Assembly: GCA_963662795.1 (NCBI GenBank)
Contig: OY759746.1
Coordinates: forward strand, 1,984,001 to 2,048,000
Length of the DNA: 64,000 nucleotides
DNA from: Spirochaetia bacterium
Lineage (GTDB): Bacteria > Spirochaetota > Spirochaetia > CADAEX01
Direction of reading: 5' to 3'
This document shows, one piece after another, positions 62,082 to 64,000 of the stretch. Each line of letters starts with the position of its first letter. Within the stretch, counting starts at the first letter, position 1. The notes below the pieces were generated by a model. It was not told the origin of the DNA. It worked only from the letters and a program-made list of their open reading frames with translations, and did not search any database. The translations under genes and the position numbers were made by a program.

Positions 62082-63002
62082 ATGATAAATATCAAAGAGT
62101 TAAACCAACTAAGAAAAGATTTTACGACTATTTATGAAGCGTATAAATCTGATAACTCATTAAAACCAAGACTGAAAGAAATTGTCTTCAACTTAGAAGA
62201 AATGCAAAAACAATTTGACATTGAATCTGGCTTTGCAGAGGCTCAGCAAATTGTTCACGATCTTTTAGTTGCAATACCAACAGAAAATTTAGGTAAACTT
62301 GAAAATCGAAAAGCATTAAATATTGCTGAAAATGTTCAAGCCTTGGCTGATATTATACAACCTAATAATGAAGAAAGTATGGAAATTAGCTTGGCTGGTA
62401 TAAGTCCTGGAAGTGCAATCCTGATGTATGATTTTATACAAAAAGAGAAAAAAGGATTGGCTCCATTCGTCAATGTAGAAGAAACAAAAGAGCGAATTAC
62501 TAAGATTATAAAAACAGCCCCTATGTTAATGGAGAAAAATTTCAATAAAACTAAATTTGAAGAATTTAAAAAAGAAACTGGTATAAAAGATGAAAGTGCT
62601 TATGAAATAGCAAAGACTATATTAAAAATTGTACCAGCAACAAGTGATATAAATGATAATATTATATTTTCAATAAATAACGAAAAAGAAAAAATTGATT
62701 TAAATATTGAGAAGGCAGATAGGCTGAATATAGCAAAAGCAAAAACAAATATATATAATATAGTAAAACCTGAGGAGCGTAAAGAATTAGAAGGTAAATT
62801 GGGAATAATGGAAGAATGGGATGTGAATCATAAAATTGTAATTATTGATGTTGATAGGAATAATTATACTGTAAATTATGAGCCAACACAACAAAACCTA
62901 AAAAAAATTAAAGACAATATTGGCAAAGAAGTAAAAATAAGACGTGAAAAGGATCCTGATGATAATAGGCGTTGGATTTTAACTGAATGGGTAAAAAAAT
63001 AG
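62082..63002 (+). CDS. Hypothetical protein
   Basis: AGGAG RBS, 306 aa; possible OB-like C-terminus. Confidence 0.65.
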   Translation: MINIKELNQLRKDFTTIYEAYKSDNSLKPRLKEIVFNLEEMQKQFDIESGFAEAQQIVHDLLVAIPTENLGKLENRKALNIAENVQALADIIQPNNEESMEISLAGISPGSAILMYDFIQKEKKGLAPFVNVEETKERITKIIKTAPMLMEKNFNKTKFEEFKKETGIKDESAYEIAKTILKIVPATSDINDNIIFSINNEKEKIDLNIEKADRLNIAKAKTNIYNIVKPEERKELEGKLGIMEEWDVNHKIVIIDVDRNNYTVNYEPTQQNLKKIKDNIGKEVKIRREKDPDDNRRWILTEWVKK

Positions 63003-63011
63003 GAGGTAATT

Positions 63012-63812
63012 ATGAGAAGTCATAGAATTGTCCTATTATTATCAGTTTTCTTAATTAGCATCTTTGGAGTTTATTTTTATTTAAATACAAATAGACACCA
63101 ACCAATAAATCTGGTATTAACTCTTGAAACAAATATAAATGATAAATTAGTTATAAGTGAAAAATCATTATCCGAATTGAATCATATAATTAATGAAAAT
63201 CTTATTGTAAAAGATCAGAACAAATTAATTGAAATATTTCAGGAAGAAAAATCAAATTATATAAATTTAATTACTATAATTTCAATTCTGCTAACTGTTT
63301 TTAGTTTATATACAGTCTTAAGTGCTTTTGTTGAAAAAAATGAAATAAACAGATTAAGTCAAGATATGAAGGCTAAAATTGATGAGTATGAAGGTGAATT
63401 ACAAAATGTGTATTTTAATACACTTATATCACATATTCAAAAAGTGAAGGAATCATATATAAATGGTTCAACAAAATGTCTTGAAGACGGATTAAAAGTA
63501 TCTGATTCGCCATCATTTTTGAAGGCTATAAATCTTGATCTTGGTAGTTTGTTTGAGTTTATTCGCAGGAAAGAATTGACACAAAGAATCAATGATAAAA
63601 GCTTTTTTATTGAATATGCAAATCTAACATTTGCACTAATTAAATATGGATTTGATAAAAAATATCTTCCAAATAGTGATTACAATATGAATGAAAATGA
63701 AGTTTTTAGGTTTAGCATTTCAATGTTGCATAATAATATCGATAAAAAGATTTTCAAGGATTTTAAAGAAACTATTAGTCAATTTAAAACTATTGAATGG
63801 GGTCGTTATTAA
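63012..63812 (+). CDS. Hypothetical membrane protein (2 TM)
   Basis: AGGAGG RBS, two hydrophobic helices. Confidence 0.65.
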   Translation: MRSHRIVLLLSVFLISIFGVYFYLNTNRHQPINLVLTLETNINDKLVISEKSLSELNHIINENLIVKDQNKLIEIFQEEKSNYINLITIISILLTVFSLYTVLSAFVEKNEINRLSQDMKAKIDEYEGELQNVYFNTLISHIQKVKESYINGSTKCLEDGLKVSDSPSFLKAINLDLGSLFEFIRRKELTQRINDKSFFIEYANLTFALIKYGFDKKYLPNSDYNMNENEVFRFSISMLHNNIDKKIFKDFKETISQFKTIEWGRY

Positions 63813-63927
63813 TCTAATTACTGTTTCAATCTGATAATTCCTATTGTCACACTTTTTGCTGTCGTCATTATAGGCTAAAAGTCAACAATCTCTTCTGGCC
63901 AAATTACAAACTAGGCATATGTTCTAA
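63812..63927 (+). repeat. Nested degenerate attC (C38)
   Basis: ATCTAAT..TTCAATCTGA..TTGTCAC (as in the 7278 site)...GTTCTAA. Confidence 0.5.
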
Positions 63928-63946
63928 TAATTAAAAAAGAAAAGAA

Positions 63947-64000
63947 GTCCAGCCTTGGCTCCGCCGTGCGGCTTGGACAAGAAGCGGCTGGTACTGGAGC
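63947..64000 (+). repeat. Junction J38 (truncated)
   Basis: 3' hairpin plus arm GCGGCTGGTACTGGAGC. Confidence 0.85.

Larger units (their letters stand above)
1..64000 (+). mobile_element. Large integron-like gene cassette array (38 complete units, no integrase in window; open at both ends)
   Basis: 39 copies of a structured AAC...GTT junction element separate mostly co-oriented 1-3 gene units; some cassettes are duplicated with exact GTT boundaries. Confidence 0.92.

Noticed and set aside
168-64000. CRISPR array interpretation of the repeats
   Set aside because: Repeats are ~240-300 bp and separated by whole genes; no cas genes are present.
384-64000. IS/MITE or composite transposon interpretation of the inverted arms
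   Set aside because: No transposase and no target duplications; boundaries are GTT/AAC core sites and all wrappers are co-oriented.
1-64000. Integrase, reverse transcriptase, tRNA or rRNA genes
   Set aside because: No tyrosine-recombinase or RT motifs in any ORF and no recognisable RNA genes; the recombinase must lie outside the window or be absent.

Overview
Very AT-rich bacterial DNA, probably from a spirochaete (inferred from the nested attC style). The whole window is one integron-like cassette array. It has 38 complete ~240-300 bp GC-rich junction elements (J0-J37) and a truncated 39th, separating 38 gene units (C1-C38). No integrase gene is present. Each junction reads: 3' hairpin, ~20-nt arm ending in AAC, a 140-180 bp attC-like core (4 families, A-D), GTT plus a ~20-nt arm, then a 5' hairpin. 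The two arms pair within one cassette, not across a junction. There are 12 arm variants, and all keep a conserved A/C mismatch. Eight units carry a conserved promoter plus attI-like leader. In seven of them, canonical integron cassettes with their own attC are inserted at that leader, giving a two-tier, nested cassette system. Cargo is rich in anti-phage and TA genes: CBASS, Gabija plus an extra gene, Sir2-HerA, ApeA-like HEPN, an OLD-like nuclease, GIY-YIG and PD-(D/E)XK nucleases, six VapBC-type pairs and a decayed mazEF. Other cargo includes MarR-MATE, GNAT, arginase, PhzF, a QueG-like protein, a Roco GTPase, a Ser/Thr kinase and many unknowns. All calls are by eye; no databases were searched.
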